Notes: a model not told the origin generated them from the letters alone. A stretch of 64,000 nucleotides of DNA from an uncultured Gemmatimonadales bacterium (GCA_963716255.1 OY970303.1:4960001-5024000); one strand, 5' to 3'; numbered from the stretch's first letter, positions 1 through 9,429 are shown. Program-made: numbers and translations.

Positions 1-552
1 CTCCATCTTCCCGCGCCAGTGGCTCACTTCGGCCGCCTTCCTATCGCGCTGTGCCGACAGGACCAGACTGGAAGCGGCTTCATGATGCGCTTCGAGGTGC
101 ACCACTTGGTTCTCAAGGGCCGCACGACGCCCTTTCAACGCGCCCTCCTCCACCCTTATCCTCTCCAGCCCTGCACGGAGGCGTTCCGGCCGAAAGACCT
201 CCAGCAATATGTCCAAGACGACTTCGTCGAGGATGGCTGGGACCGAGCGTGAGTGCGGCACGGGGTCGCCATGGCAGGAGGACACATATCGGTACTGTCC
301 AAGGAGCACGGCGGGGTAGGACGCACGAAGAATGTGACCGCATCGCTTTCCCGGAGCGATCTCGTAGGAGCAGCGAGCGAGCGAGATGGCGTGGTGGCAG
401 GGGAAGCGCCGCCTTGAACGCCCGTCGGATCCGCTCGCCGGGTGCGAAAGGATCTCGCGGACGCGCAACGCGTCGGCTGGCGCCGCGAAGCTGGGAAAGG
501 CGTCCGGCTCCTCTACTCGGAACGAGAAAGAGCCGTCAGCAGGGGTCCTCAT
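1..552 (-). CDS. C-terminal part of a large serine recombinase (zinc-ribbon-like and coiled-coil region); partial, runs off window start; not in ORF track
   Basis: Manual translation from ATG 552 (GGAGGAG just upstream) is open to position 1: MRTPADGSFSFRVEEPDAFPSFAAPADALRVREIL...LARCSYEIAPGKRCGHILRASY...YRYVSSCH...SVPAILDEVVLDILLEVFRPERL...ALENQVVHLE. This fits LSR C-terminal architecture. ATGA overlap with the stop of 549..1532. Confidence 0.7.
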   Translation of the reverse strand, partial: MRTPADGSFSFRVEEPDAFPSFAAPADALRVREILSHPASGSDGRSRRRFPCHHAISLARCSYEIAPGKRCGHILRASYPAVLLGQYRYVSSCHGDPVPHSRSVPAILDEVVLDILLEVFRPERLRAGLERIRVEEGALKGRRAALENQVVHLEAHHEAASSLVLSAQRDRKAAEVSHWRGKME

Positions 553-1532
553 GCGCTCCTCCGGCGCAGCCGGGTGTACGCCGGAGCCAGGGCGGGAGCG
601 CTGAACGTGTAGGTTCCGTACAGTGCAGGCACCAGGAACCAGTTGTGGAGGTATTTGCGGTCTGCGGACCTCCAGACGGGCTTTACATGCGGGTCGAAGC
701 GGAAGCTATGGGTGAACACCGGGACCCTGCCCGGCCGGGGCCATGCAGGATCATGGTGAATGCGGTACAGCACACCGGACAGGCTCCGCGTCTCCAGGAG
801 CCACCGCAGGCGCAGTTCCACGCTCCGCGAGACATCCGCGTCGGGATAGGGAAGGATGTAGTACGGCTTGCCATTTCGGTGGGAAACGGCGCGGTGGCGG
901 TCCAGGTCGTCGAGCCAGTGGGTCAGCCCGGCAGCGTGGAGCCGGCCGACATATTCCGGATCCTCCGGCGAGGCCCAGACCAGGCCGCTCGGGAGCTTGA
1001 TACGCTCCGAAAGCCTCTGCGCCTTGGCGAAGCGGCTCATCATCATCCAGCGCACGCGGGCTCGGTTCTCAAACTCGGCGAACTGGGCGTAGATCTTCAG
1101 GATGAAAGCATCACCCTCGTCCGCCGGATCGTAGATCCGGCCGTCGACCATCATCAGTGTGCCGCGCTCTGCCATGAGGTTGAAGACGCGGATCGCGTCC
1201 TCCTCGCTGCGGCCGAGCCGGTCGTGCCGAGCGAGGACGACGAGTCCGACCTGATCGCGCTCGATCATCCGCTCCAGCTCCCGGAATTTTTCTCTCACGA
1301 CGCCCGGACGCCCCGACTCCCCGTACGCGAGCACCACTTTCACGTCCTCTTCCCTGACTCCGAAGGGCGTGAGCCAGCGGAGGGAATCCTCCTGAACTGC
1401 TTGGCTCCCTGTGTTCTCGCGCGCCTGCAGCATGCTCGACTGGCGGAAGAAGCCCGCCACTCCCTTGGAGATCTGGTCCATCAGTCTGCCGAACTGGTTT
1501 GAAGGATATGACCGCTCAGCTCCGTCGCGCAT
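549..1532 (-). CDS. Large serine recombinase, N-terminal catalytic (resolvase) and recombinase domains
   Basis: FFRQSS catalytic Ser motif, ESGR, HDRLGR, YDPADEGDAFILKIYAQFAEFE, and PALYG motif of the recombinase domain. Confidence 0.85.
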   Translation of the reverse strand: MRDGAERSYPSNQFGRLMDQISKGVAGFFRQSSMLQARENTGSQAVQEDSLRWLTPFGVREEDVKVVLAYGESGRPGVVREKFRELERMIERDQVGLVVLARHDRLGRSEEDAIRVFNLMAERGTLMMVDGRIYDPADEGDAFILKIYAQFAEFENRARVRWMMMSRFAKAQRLSERIKLPSGLVWASPEDPEYVGRLHAAGLTHWLDDLDRHRAVSHRNGKPYYILPYPDADVSRSVELRLRWLLETRSLSGVLYRIHHDPAWPRPGRVPVFTHSFRFDPHVKPVWRSADRKYLHNWFLVPALYGTYTFSAPALAPAYTRLRRRSA

Positions 1533-1737
1533 GCTCCCGGCTCCTTCCCCTCAGGTTGACGTTGGCATCGACCCACGCCGGGTCGACGTGCTCGAGCTCA
1601 CCGTCCAGTTGCAGCAACTCTGCTGCAATCCGGAGCAGGGCTACGAGGGACTGCACCACATCCTCGTCAGCGATGTCTCCGGCCCGTTCAGTCGTCCGGC
1701 TCAGGATCCCAGAGCGGGCTCTGGAGTGTCGCGGCAT
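1516..1737 (-). CDS. Small hypothetical protein overlapping the recombinase start
   Basis: AGGAGGGG RBS before ATG 1737; helical segment EDVVQSLVALLRIAAELLQL; 3' end overlaps LSR start. Confidence 0.4.
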   Translation of the reverse strand: MPRHSRARSGILSRTTERAGDIADEDVVQSLVALLRIAAELLQLDGELEHVDPAWVDANVNLRGRSREHARRS

Positions 1738-2112
1738 TCGTCCCCTCCTGTTGATGCACCGGTTCGCCCTCCACAGGTGGGGACGAAGCAGAGGCACCGG
1801 GGGTGCCGCCGACAGCACAGGGGAACTCAGCTCGAAGCTCCTCCACGCACTTGAGGATCCGAACGAAGTCGGCAAAACCGTAGCATGCGAACGGGTCAGC
1901 GCAGCTGCCCACGTCCTTTGCAACGCCTTGTCCTGCCTGAAGCGGGACATAATCGCCCTCGCGGTGCCTCGACCTGAGAGGCGGGACTTCATGGCCGGTG
2001 GAGATCATGTACAATTCCGGTGGTGGTCAGCATCCATTGAAGTGTCACGGCAGTAAACTTCCGCCAGGCGTCCGCCTGGCAGGACATCACTCACCTGACA
2101 CCTTGGTGACCA

Positions 2113-3060
2113 ATGCCCAAGCCGCCCCCGAATCCGAGTCGACAGGGTAGCCCGTGGCTACCCCACCTGGATGGTTCAGATACGTGCGAGGCGCGACCTG
2201 ACGCGAGTCATCCTCCGGATTCCACGATAAGAGGTATCCAAAAGCAGTACAATGGTTTAGATGCATACACAACTGGGCGGGAGAAGTGTGCCCGAACGCC
2301 TTCCCGTGTCGAGCAAACCATACAGGGGCGGCTCCGCATTGCGATTGCATTATCCGGTATGTCTGTGAACGCGTTCATCCGGGCCCTCTGTGAACGGCGA
2401 GTTCGGGGGAGGACCCGGAAGAGCGTGTACGATTATCTAAACGGAAGGGTGGTACCGCCGTTGAGCTTTCTTAATGCCGCCGCAGAAGTTCTTCAGGCTC
2501 ATCCAGATTGGCTCGTGCTCGGACAGCAAGCACCGCTCGGCATGCCCAATATCCTGCCGCCTTTACGCTTGGATTACTGGAAGATGATGGAGGAGTTTGA
2601 GGCGTCAGAACGCCGGCAGGTGGAGGGGGCAATCGCGGAACATATACCGTGGTTCCGCAGCATGAGCCCCCGGGTGAGAGACAGCGTCTACGACCTGTTC
2701 GTGCAAATTGAGTCGTTCAACTGGTCGTACCGCTACTGCCATATCCCCACGAACGAAGCAGCGCACGACCTCGACTTGGCGACGAATCTCGGCTGGATTA
2801 TGGGGGCGCTAGTGAACGGCCTTTCACTGGACCCGATGTGGGTCTCCAAGGAGAGGCTGGAGCAGTATGTCACCGCGATGTGCGGGGTGCTGCCGATGCT
2901 GCTACCCGATGTGGGAGAGCCTTCTAGAGGTGAACTGCGGGAGATACAAGACCTGTTCTTCCGACTTGAGAAAGCTAGGGGAGATCATCTGCCTCCACAC
3001 CTCAAGATCCTGGGCACTCGCCATCCGCATCAGCGCCGACTCGAAGAAAACGCCAAATGA
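2113..3060 (+). CDS. HTH (XRE-like) domain protein / putative repressor
   Basis: RLRIAIALSGMSVNAFIRAL...TRKSVYDYLNGRVVPPLSFLNAAAEVLQAHPDWLVLG is an XRE-like HTH signature; atypical AT-richer codon usage; start uncertain. Confidence 0.6.
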   Translation: MPKPPPNPSRQGSPWLPHLDGSDTCEARPDASHPPDSTIRGIQKQYNGLDAYTTGREKCARTPSRVEQTIQGRLRIAIALSGMSVNAFIRALCERRVRGRTRKSVYDYLNGRVVPPLSFLNAAAEVLQAHPDWLVLGQQAPLGMPNILPPLRLDYWKMMEEFEASERRQVEGAIAEHIPWFRSMSPRVRDSVYDLFVQIESFNWSYRYCHIPTNEAAHDLDLATNLGWIMGALVNGLSLDPMWVSKERLEQYVTAMCGVLPMLLPDVGEPSRGELREIQDLFFRLEKARGDHLPPHLKILGTRHPHQRRLEENAK

Positions 3061-3109
3061 CGCTGCTGCTCGTCCCCGTACAGCAGTGACACCGCAGGAA
3101 AGCGCTCGA

Positions 3110-3337
3110 TTACGAGGGCTCGCTGCCGGGCGGGGGCGATCCCTCGCGCTCGCGTGCTACCTGGATAGCCTGCTTCACCGAGTCGCGGCCTTCCTCGATC
3201 TCCTCCTCCGTGAGCCTCGCCAGCGCCGACTGTGCGCCAGCGACGTCCTTTCGGGTGACGCGGACGAAGAGGCCGGGCAGCCACCTGCGGGCTGCCCACC
3301 GAAGGCGGGCTACCAGGGTGTTGATCCATGTGAGCAT
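3110..3337 (-). CDS. Small hypothetical protein
   Basis: 75-aa ORF with plausible composition, downstream of the XRE gene on the same strand. Confidence 0.35.
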   Translation of the reverse strand: MLTWINTLVARLRWAARRWLPGLFVRVTRKDVAGAQSALARLTEEEIEEGRDSVKQAIQVAREREGSPPPGSEPS

Positions 3338-3437
3338 GCGAGGGCGCCGCGGGTGCCGGGATTCACCTGCGCTGAAATCCTAATCCTACCCGCGCAAGCC
3401 GGGAACGGCGGTTGAACGAGCGAGGGCGGCCTCCGTC

Positions 3438-3680
3438 TCAGGGAGCCCGCCCTCGCGACTGGTCCAGAGCGCGACCGAAGTCGGCCCATTTCACGCCCAG
3501 CGTGTCCAGCAGGGGAGTGAGCGAGAGAATCGTCGGCTGGCGCTCGCCGCGCTCCAGCTGGCCGACGTAGGTCCGGTGGAACCCCGCGCGTGCGGCGAGC
3601 CCCTCCTGCGAGAGGCCGGCTTCCTGGCGGAACTGGCGGAGCAGGGCCCCGACGTTCGGCGGATCGGCGAGCGGACGCAT
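3438..3680 (-). CDS. XRE-family HTH regulator, controller (C)-protein-like
   Basis: LRQFRQEAGLSQEGLAARAGFHRTYVGQLERGERQPTILSL matches the HTH_3/C-protein pattern. Confidence 0.9.
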   Translation of the reverse strand: MRPLADPPNVGALLRQFRQEAGLSQEGLAARAGFHRTYVGQLERGERQPTILSLTPLLDTLGVKWADFGRALDQSRGRAP

Positions 3681-3723
3681 GCCGATGTCAATAGCGGCCA
3701 GGAAGCTGGTGTGCTACAGACTT

Positions 3724-3761
3724 TAGCTATACATAGCAATAGCTATCCATAGCTATGGATA
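3724..3761. promoter_or_regulatory. AT-rich candidate operator: perfect 18-bp palindrome TATCCATAGCTATGGATA (3744-3761) plus repeated TAGCTAT
   Basis: Read directly; lies 44-81 bp upstream of the XRE gene start. Confidence 0.55.
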
Positions 3762-3778
3762 TGATTCATTTCTCCATT

Positions 3779-4441
3779 TCACCGGTCCAGACGCCGCAGG
3801 TAGAGGAGTGCGGCAGCGCGGTCGCGGGCGCACATATTCTTGATCCGCCGGAGCGCGTCATTCCGTACGCTGGTCTGCATGCGCTGGAAGCGACGCTTCG
3901 CCGCCGAGCGCGTGAGACCGAGCTCGCGTGCGATCTGGCTCCAGGTCATGCTCTCCTCCACCCGCAGCTGCAGCAGGCGGAGTGCGGGGGCGGGAAGCGT
4001 CTCGACCACTTCATCCAACACCCGGTGCAGCACCCGCCGGCCCCGGCCAGGTGGAGTAGGTGCTCGTTCGCTGCTCGCGAGAAGGAAGTCTTCCCGCACG
4101 CAGGAGTTTTCCTCGAGCATCTGGGAAAAACGGAAGGTAGGCGCGTGGACGGTGCGAAAGTGGTCGACGCAGAGGTTGCGGATGATCGCGAGTGCCCAGG
4201 CGATGACCTGGGTGTCGGCCAGCGCGCGGCACTGCCCCAGGCCGAGGACGATCCGGACCATGGCTTCCTGCGTGAGGTCCCGGGCCGTTTCTTCGGCCTC
4301 CGGGTCGAGGAAAAGCTGCGCCCGCGCGTACCGGAAAAGCACCGGGCGAAGCAGGCGGAGCAGGCTCTCGAGGGCCTCCTTGTCGCCCTCGCGCGCGCGG
4401 AACAGGCTCCTGCTCAGGTACCCATCGCTGGTCGCACGCAT
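3779..4441 (-). CDS. ECF-type RNA polymerase sigma factor (sigma70 group 4)
   Basis: RAREGDKEALESL, ARDLTQEAMVRI, WALAIIRNLCVDHFR (region 2); SMTWSQIARELGLTRSAAKRRFQR (region 4); GGGAG RBS before ATG 4441. Confidence 0.85.
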   Translation of the reverse strand: MRATSDGYLSRSLFRAREGDKEALESLLRLLRPVLFRYARAQLFLDPEAEETARDLTQEAMVRIVLGLGQCRALADTQVIAWALAIIRNLCVDHFRTVHAPTFRFSQMLEENSCVREDFLLASSERAPTPPGRGRRVLHRVLDEVVETLPAPALRLLQLRVEESMTWSQIARELGLTRSAAKRRFQRMQTSVRNDALRRIKNMCARDRAAALLYLRRLDR

Positions 4442-5475
4442 GGCGAGTCTCCCTGGGAGGTTGCCGTGGTGCTCGGTTCTGTCGCCTGCGGCGCCACGTT
4501 GGGGTAGTGCGACGAGCACGGGGGAACTCCGGGATCTCCCCGGAGCTCCGCGGCGCACAGCGCGAAGAAGTTGCAGCGGGGGCACTGACCGCGGCGCGAA
4601 GTCAGCGGAAATTCGCCGGCCGCACGCTCGCCCAACTCGTCGACCAGCCCCTCGTACCGTCGCATCTCCCCAGCACTGGCCAGGATCGTGGCCTCTGCCT
4701 CGGCGAGCTGCTCGCAAGTCAGGGTGTAACTCGTTTCCTCTCCGGCCAGAAGGTGAATCACCCTCGCTTCAAGACCGGTCGAACGATTGAAAGGGGCTGT
4801 AGATTGGAGAAAGAGCCCGTATACGCTGACCTGTTCCCGTTCCGTGGAAGGGCTCTTCTTCCCGGTCTTCCAATCCACGACGACGCATGTCCCGCCACGG
4901 GTCCGGTATACGAGGTCTGGAGCTGCCCAGACGGTCGTTTCGCGGGCCTTGAAGCGGGCCGGTGCGTAGATGGCACGTATGTCGTTACGGCGACAGTCGC
5001 GCAGGATGCCCCAGACGGGGGCCTGGTGAAGGCTGTCCAGGCAGCGGGCCGCCTTGTCCCGGGTGCGCTCGACGGCCGGGTCTGCAAGCCCACCACCGTA
5101 GTAGACTTCGTGGAGCATGGTGGCCCGGTTCGGCGCCCGGAGAAACGTGGCCCGGTCCCCGAGCGATGAGAGGTAGGCCCCGTTCAGCGCCTTCCGCACG
5201 GCGTGCCACGACCTGTCCGGCGACGGGAAGGACCGGCCGTCGCGAGTCGCGGCTGCCAGTTCCCGGGCGACCTGGTGAATCGCGATGCCGAGTACCAGGT
5301 CGAGGCTCGTGATGTGCTTGAGGACGTACGCTTGCCTTGCCCGGGGCGTGGCACCAGGCCGGCATCCGACGGGCGCCAGGTGGTAGTGGTAGTAGTAGAG
5401 CCGCGGACAGGATCGCAGCATCCGGTCCCGAGTGAACGACCAGGCGGGACCGTCGGAGTTCCCGGATGTGTCCAT
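4414..5475 (-). CDS. PD-(D/E)XK nuclease, Cas4/AddB-like with 4-Cys Fe-S staple
   Basis: WSFTR..LRSCPRLYYYHY; PDLVYR...VVVDWKTG; QVSVYG; C-terminal CPRCNFFALC. Confidence 0.85.
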   Translation of the reverse strand: MDTSGNSDGPAWSFTRDRMLRSCPRLYYYHYHLAPVGCRPGATPRARQAYVLKHITSLDLVLGIAIHQVARELAAATRDGRSFPSPDRSWHAVRKALNGAYLSSLGDRATFLRAPNRATMLHEVYYGGGLADPAVERTRDKAARCLDSLHQAPVWGILRDCRRNDIRAIYAPARFKARETTVWAAPDLVYRTRGGTCVVVDWKTGKKSPSTEREQVSVYGLFLQSTAPFNRSTGLEARVIHLLAGEETSYTLTCEQLAEAEATILASAGEMRRYEGLVDELGERAAGEFPLTSRRGQCPRCNFFALCAAELRGDPGVPPCSSHYPNVAPQATEPSTTATSQGDSPCVRPAMGT

Positions 5476-5892
5476 TTTCCCCTCCTCTGCCCTGTAGACG
5501 GAGGGGGGCACCGGCGAGGAGACCTGTCCGGGATCAGCCGGTCAGGATCGGAGCGACCAGGGCCAGGACATCGTGGCCATGGACGGCCGGTCCGTCCTCT
5601 TCCAGATCGCTCGATCGCGGCCTGGCGAGCTGGACAGGTGGTGATCCTGGACTATCTCTCCGCACAAAGCCGATAAGGTGCGGGAACTGTTCGAAGCGGC
5701 CGGATGCCGTTTCCTGCGCGTACTCTCGTTCGCTCCTTGGTGCCTTGCGCCAGGGAGCGAACTCGTTCGGCCGGCCGAAGTGGCCTCGGACGGTGCCGGG
5801 ACTGCGTCCCCCTTCGGACGCCTACCGCCGGACCAGCGGTTTCTTGGGTGGCCGCGCCGGCACCTACGGGTATCTTCGACGAAGACCTAGCG

Positions 5893-6138
5893 ATGCTGCG
5901 GGAGGATCTGAGGGGGATGCGGCTGATCACCGATCTCACGCGGAAGTACCGACACAAGCTGACGGTTTGCTCCCCCGGCGACGAACCGGGCGTGTGGATC
6001 GTCGAGCTGGCTCACCGCCGCGGTGCTCCGGTCATCCGTATCGAAACCTGGAATCTCGCCTCGGCGTTCGCGACTCTGCTTGCCGCCGCGGAGCACGACG
6101 GCTTCCGGGACGAGCTGGCAGAGTCGGAAAAGGAGTAG
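5893..6138 (+). CDS. Small hypothetical protein
   Basis: Globular-looking 81-aa C-terminal part of track ORF 5704..6138. Confidence 0.35.
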   Translation: MLREDLRGMRLITDLTRKYRHKLTVCSPGDEPGVWIVELAHRRGAPVIRIETWNLASAFATLLAAAEHDGFRDELAESEKE

Positions 6139-6261
6139 CGGTGCCGGTTGAGCTCGCCTGCCGCTGAGCGCGGACTCGGGCGCTCACAGCATGCGTGCTT
6201 CGCAGGTCCGCTGATCGGCAGCCGATGGGTTGCCCGGGCTTATACGAACGGGGGAGGGACG

Positions 6262-7548
6262 GTGGCTGATCCCGGATGGTGGCTGGAGCCGGAGGTGGAT
6301 CGCACGGCCATCGTGCGAGAAAACGGGGCGGAGGCCGGAGAGATCCTGTGGCAGGTCCTGCAGAGTGTGCGGGCCGGCTTCTTTCTGGCTGGGGGTACTT
6401 CGAACGGTGTCGTGCTGCCGCCGCCGCCCACGCGGGATGAGCGATATCGCCATCTGCGCCCCATCGCCGCATGGCTCGGTCTGCTCGACCAGCTGGTTCG
6501 GGATGCCAGCGTCGCGGAGATAGAATCCGAGCAGGAGCGACGGGAGATGACCGCCAACACCGCCTCCTTCATCGCGGAGTGGCTGGAGGAGCGGGCGGCT
6601 TACGCTACGGCGCTCGCCTATGCGCAGATCGCCGCAGCCGTGGAGCCGTCGATTCCTTGGAACCCCTACCACGTGGGCCGCCTTTCCCGAAAGGCGGACG
6701 CATCGGAGCATGCGGTGGTCTGGCTCCGCCGCGCCGGGCATGCGGCCCGTGGCAGCGGGGATGCATTCGTCCAGGCGGTTGCGCTGGAGGGGATCGGCCA
6801 CGTGCACCGGCAGGGAGGCAGGCTCGTTCGGGCGAGGAGCTACTTCCGCCACGCGTTCGAGTGCGCTCGCCGTCACGACCTCGTTTCACTCGCGGGAGAC
6901 CTGCTCGCAAACCTTTGTCTCGTCGAGCTGGAGCTGGGCGATTCAGCGGCGGCTACCCGCCACTGGGACTGGGCACTTGGCCTGTACGAGACGGGAGACC
7001 CGCGGATGCACCTGCTCGTCCAGAATGCCGCCGGGCTTCTGATGGACCGGTATGGGGTCTACGAGCAGATGTTCTTCATCTTCGACGCGTTGCTCGACCA
7101 CGTCTGGCGACCTCAGGACCGGCTCCTCCTGCACGGCCAGCGCGGGCGGGCGGCCGCGGGCGCGCGGCTCACGGACGACTTCGAGCTGTCGTGGAACGAG
7201 GTGTTTGCTTCCGTCCGCCGAACAGGTCAGGAGAGAGCTGACGCTGCGGCACTCGTCCATCTCGCCCATGGCGCGGCCCTGCTCCGTCAGTGGCAGCGCG
7301 CCGAGTTCGCGCTGTCGCAGGCGACCTCTGTTGCCCGAGGGGTGCACGACGATGCCGCCGCCCTTCAAGCCGAGCGGCTGTTGGCCGGGCGATCAGACCA
7401 CGTGGACCCGGCGCGCCGTTGGGCGAAGCTGAGCTTCCTGCGCCACTTCGAGGCCGATCCGGAGGTGGTGGAGCACTTCCACACCTCGGGAACAGTGCGC
7501 CTTCGCCAGCGTGACCGAGGAGATCCGTCCATCCCCGGAAACCGGTGA
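6262..7548 (+). CDS. TPR-like all-helical protein
   Basis: TPR-like segments ALEGIGHVHRQGGRLVRARSYFRHAFECAR and LLANLCLVELELGDSAAATRHWDWALGLY; GGGAGG RBS before GTG 6262. Confidence 0.7.
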   Translation: MADPGWWLEPEVDRTAIVRENGAEAGEILWQVLQSVRAGFFLAGGTSNGVVLPPPPTRDERYRHLRPIAAWLGLLDQLVRDASVAEIESEQERREMTANTASFIAEWLEERAAYATALAYAQIAAAVEPSIPWNPYHVGRLSRKADASEHAVVWLRRAGHAARGSGDAFVQAVALEGIGHVHRQGGRLVRARSYFRHAFECARRHDLVSLAGDLLANLCLVELELGDSAAATRHWDWALGLYETGDPRMHLLVQNAAGLLMDRYGVYEQMFFIFDALLDHVWRPQDRLLLHGQRGRAAAGARLTDDFELSWNEVFASVRRTGQERADAAALVHLAHGAALLRQWQRAEFALSQATSVARGVHDDAAALQAERLLAGRSDHVDPARRWAKLSFLRHFEADPEVVEHFHTSGTVRLRQRDRGDPSIPGNR

Positions 7549-7765
7549 ATGGAGTCGCCCGATTCAGCCGGGTGCACGCCGTGGGCCCGCAATGACGGAT
7601 CCCGACTTCGATGGATCGAGCGGACCCGTAGGCGAAAACGCAGCGGAGATGTCGTGATAGAACACGGGTGACTCGCAGATCGGGAGTTCTCTAATAAGAC
7701 ACGGGATGCCGCGCCGCCTGGACCGCCAGCAACCGCTTGTGGGAGCCCGCAGCCCTATCGATCAC

Positions 7766-7786
7766 CGTCGACAAAATCCTCGACAA
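7766..7786 (+). repeat. 21-bp direct repeat copy 1, CGTCGACAAAATCCTCGACAA
   Basis: Identical copy at 8487-8507; contains internal TCGACAA twice. Confidence 0.9.
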
Positions 7787-7787
7787 A

Positions 7788-7825
7788 TGGTGGCTATGCT
7801 ATCGTTGTTGATGGTGTAGCCACCA
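7788..7825 (+). other. 17-bp stem-loop whose non-Watson-Crick pairs are all G-U
   Basis: TGGTGGCTATGCTATCG-ttgt-TGATGGTGTAGCCACCA: 13 WC pairs and 4 G-U pairs on the + strand. Confidence 0.55.
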
Positions 7826-7874
7826 CCGCAAAGCGACAGGTCCAACAGGGTGTAACTACCTTTCATGGTACATC

Positions 7875-8477
7875 TTGGCCGATCTGGGGCCTGGTTGGAT
7901 GAACCCGGAAGAGGCAGTGCTCCACATGTGGGAGCTGTACGCCATGTGGGCTTTCGTCTACGTCTTTTTTGTGGATTTTTTCCTGGCGCGGGGAACGGGT
8001 GAGGTGCGCGCCGGGGTGCTCTCGGGGGCGGTCGCCTTCGCCGTGATCGGGACGGGCGCGCTGGGGTGCGTGGTGGCGGGGGCGTGGGCGGACCGGCTGG
8101 GGCGGGAGCGCGTCACCATCTGGGCGATGGCCGCGAGCGGGGCGTGCGCGCTGCTCATGGGCTGGCTGCTGCACGCGCCGGTTGCGCTGGTGCTGGGTGT
8201 AGCCCTGGTCTGGGGTTTCGCGGTGGTGGCGGACTCCGCGCAGTTCAGCGCCGTGGTCACCGAGGTGGCGCCGGCGCACGCGGTGGGGACGGCGCTGACG
8301 TTCCAGACGGCGCTCGGGTTCCTGCTGACCTCGGTGACGCTCACCGCCGTCCCCTACCTGCGGGATGCCGGGGGGTGGCCCCTGGCGTTCGGCGTCCTGG
8401 CGCTGGGTCCGGCGGCCGGGATCGCGGCGATGCGGAGGCTGAAAAATCTCCGAATTGCGATCACATCAGACTCGTAG
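7875..8477 (+). pseudogene. MFS transporter, C-terminal half only
   Basis: HMWELYAMW, GAWADRLGRERVT (MFS motif A), VVADSAQFSA; about 6 TM segments; N-terminal half absent. Confidence 0.8.
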
Positions 8478-8486
8478 AACCTCGGT

Positions 8487-8507
8487 CGTCGACAAAATCC
8501 TCGACAA
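8487..8507 (+). repeat. 21-bp direct repeat copy 2
   Basis: Identical to 7766-7786. Confidence 0.9.
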
Positions 8508-8774
8508 GTCCAGTCGCTTGCAGCCTCACAGAGCCGATGGAGCTCGCGGTCCTCTCCTGTGGCCAGCTCACATTCTCGATCCGCACTCCACGCACCCTGA
8601 CCACGTACGACATCCCCCGTCCGGACGCGATGCCCGCCCTCGCCGTGTAAGGTGTTGTGGGGAGCCCCCGGGGGACGCGTAGGCGTTCCCGCTGCGCAGG
8701 TGCGTGGAATCCCCGATGTCCAAACCCCTCCGCAGGCGCATCTTTCGGCTGGACTCCAGAGGAGGATACCCGCC

Positions 8775-9302
8775 ATGCTGCCCGAGCCGCTTCATCCTGC
8801 CGTCGTCCACTTCCCCATCGTACTGATGATCCTGCTCCCGCTCTTTGCGCTGGGCGCTCTGTTGGCGATCCGGCGAGGGAGCCGGCCCCGCCTGGCGGGG
8901 GGGCTGCCGTTGGCCGTGTCGGCGGCCCTCGCCGCCAGCGCGCTGGCCGCCGTGCGTACCGGGGAGGCGCAGGAGGCAAAGGTGGAGGACGTGGTGGGCG
9001 AGCGCGCGCTCCACGTGCACGAGGAGGCGGCCGAGCGTTTCCAGATCCTAGCTGGCGTCCTGCTGCTCGTGGCCGCCACGGGGATGGCGGGGGGGAGGGT
9101 TGGGGCGGCCGGCCGGTGGCTCACGGTCGTGGGCTCGGTCGGGGTGGCGCTCGCGGGCGTACAGGTGGGGTCGAGCGGGGGCGAGCTGGTCTACGAGCAC
9201 GGCGCAGCGAGCGCGTACGGAAGCGCTGCCTCCCCCGTGGGGACGGTGGCCATCCCGGCGCGTCCGGGCGGCGGGGAGCGCGTCGAAGGGCCGCGGGACT
9301 GA
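8775..9302 (+). CDS. DUF2231-like membrane protein
   Basis: PLHPAVVHFPIVL, HEEAAE, GGELVYEHG; GAGGAGG RBS. Confidence 0.8.
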   Translation: MLPEPLHPAVVHFPIVLMILLPLFALGALLAIRRGSRPRLAGGLPLAVSAALAASALAAVRTGEAQEAKVEDVVGERALHVHEEAAERFQILAGVLLLVAATGMAGGRVGAAGRWLTVVGSVGVALAGVQVGSSGGELVYEHGAASAYGSAASPVGTVAIPARPGGGERVEGPRD

Positions 9303-9429
9303 ACGGACCTCTGGACACGGGAGGGGCAGGTGAGGAGAATCGTCAGCACGCCATCTGCCTGCCGGCACCGGCTTCCGTGCTCGGGCTGCCCCTGCGGGAT
9401 CGTGCCGCCCACCCCGTCCCTGTTGCGCG

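Noticed and set aside
19..252. 77-aa + strand ORF and 51..1502 ORF
   Set aside because: Antisense to the recombinase coding frames.
4414..5475. CRISPR-Cas interpretation of the Cas4-like nuclease
   Set aside because: No repeat-spacer array or other cas gene seen in the window.
7550..7870. tRNA/tmRNA integration site or integron attC near the 21-bp repeat
   Set aside because: No cloverleaf, T-loop GTTCGA with CCA end, or attC core-site pairing found.
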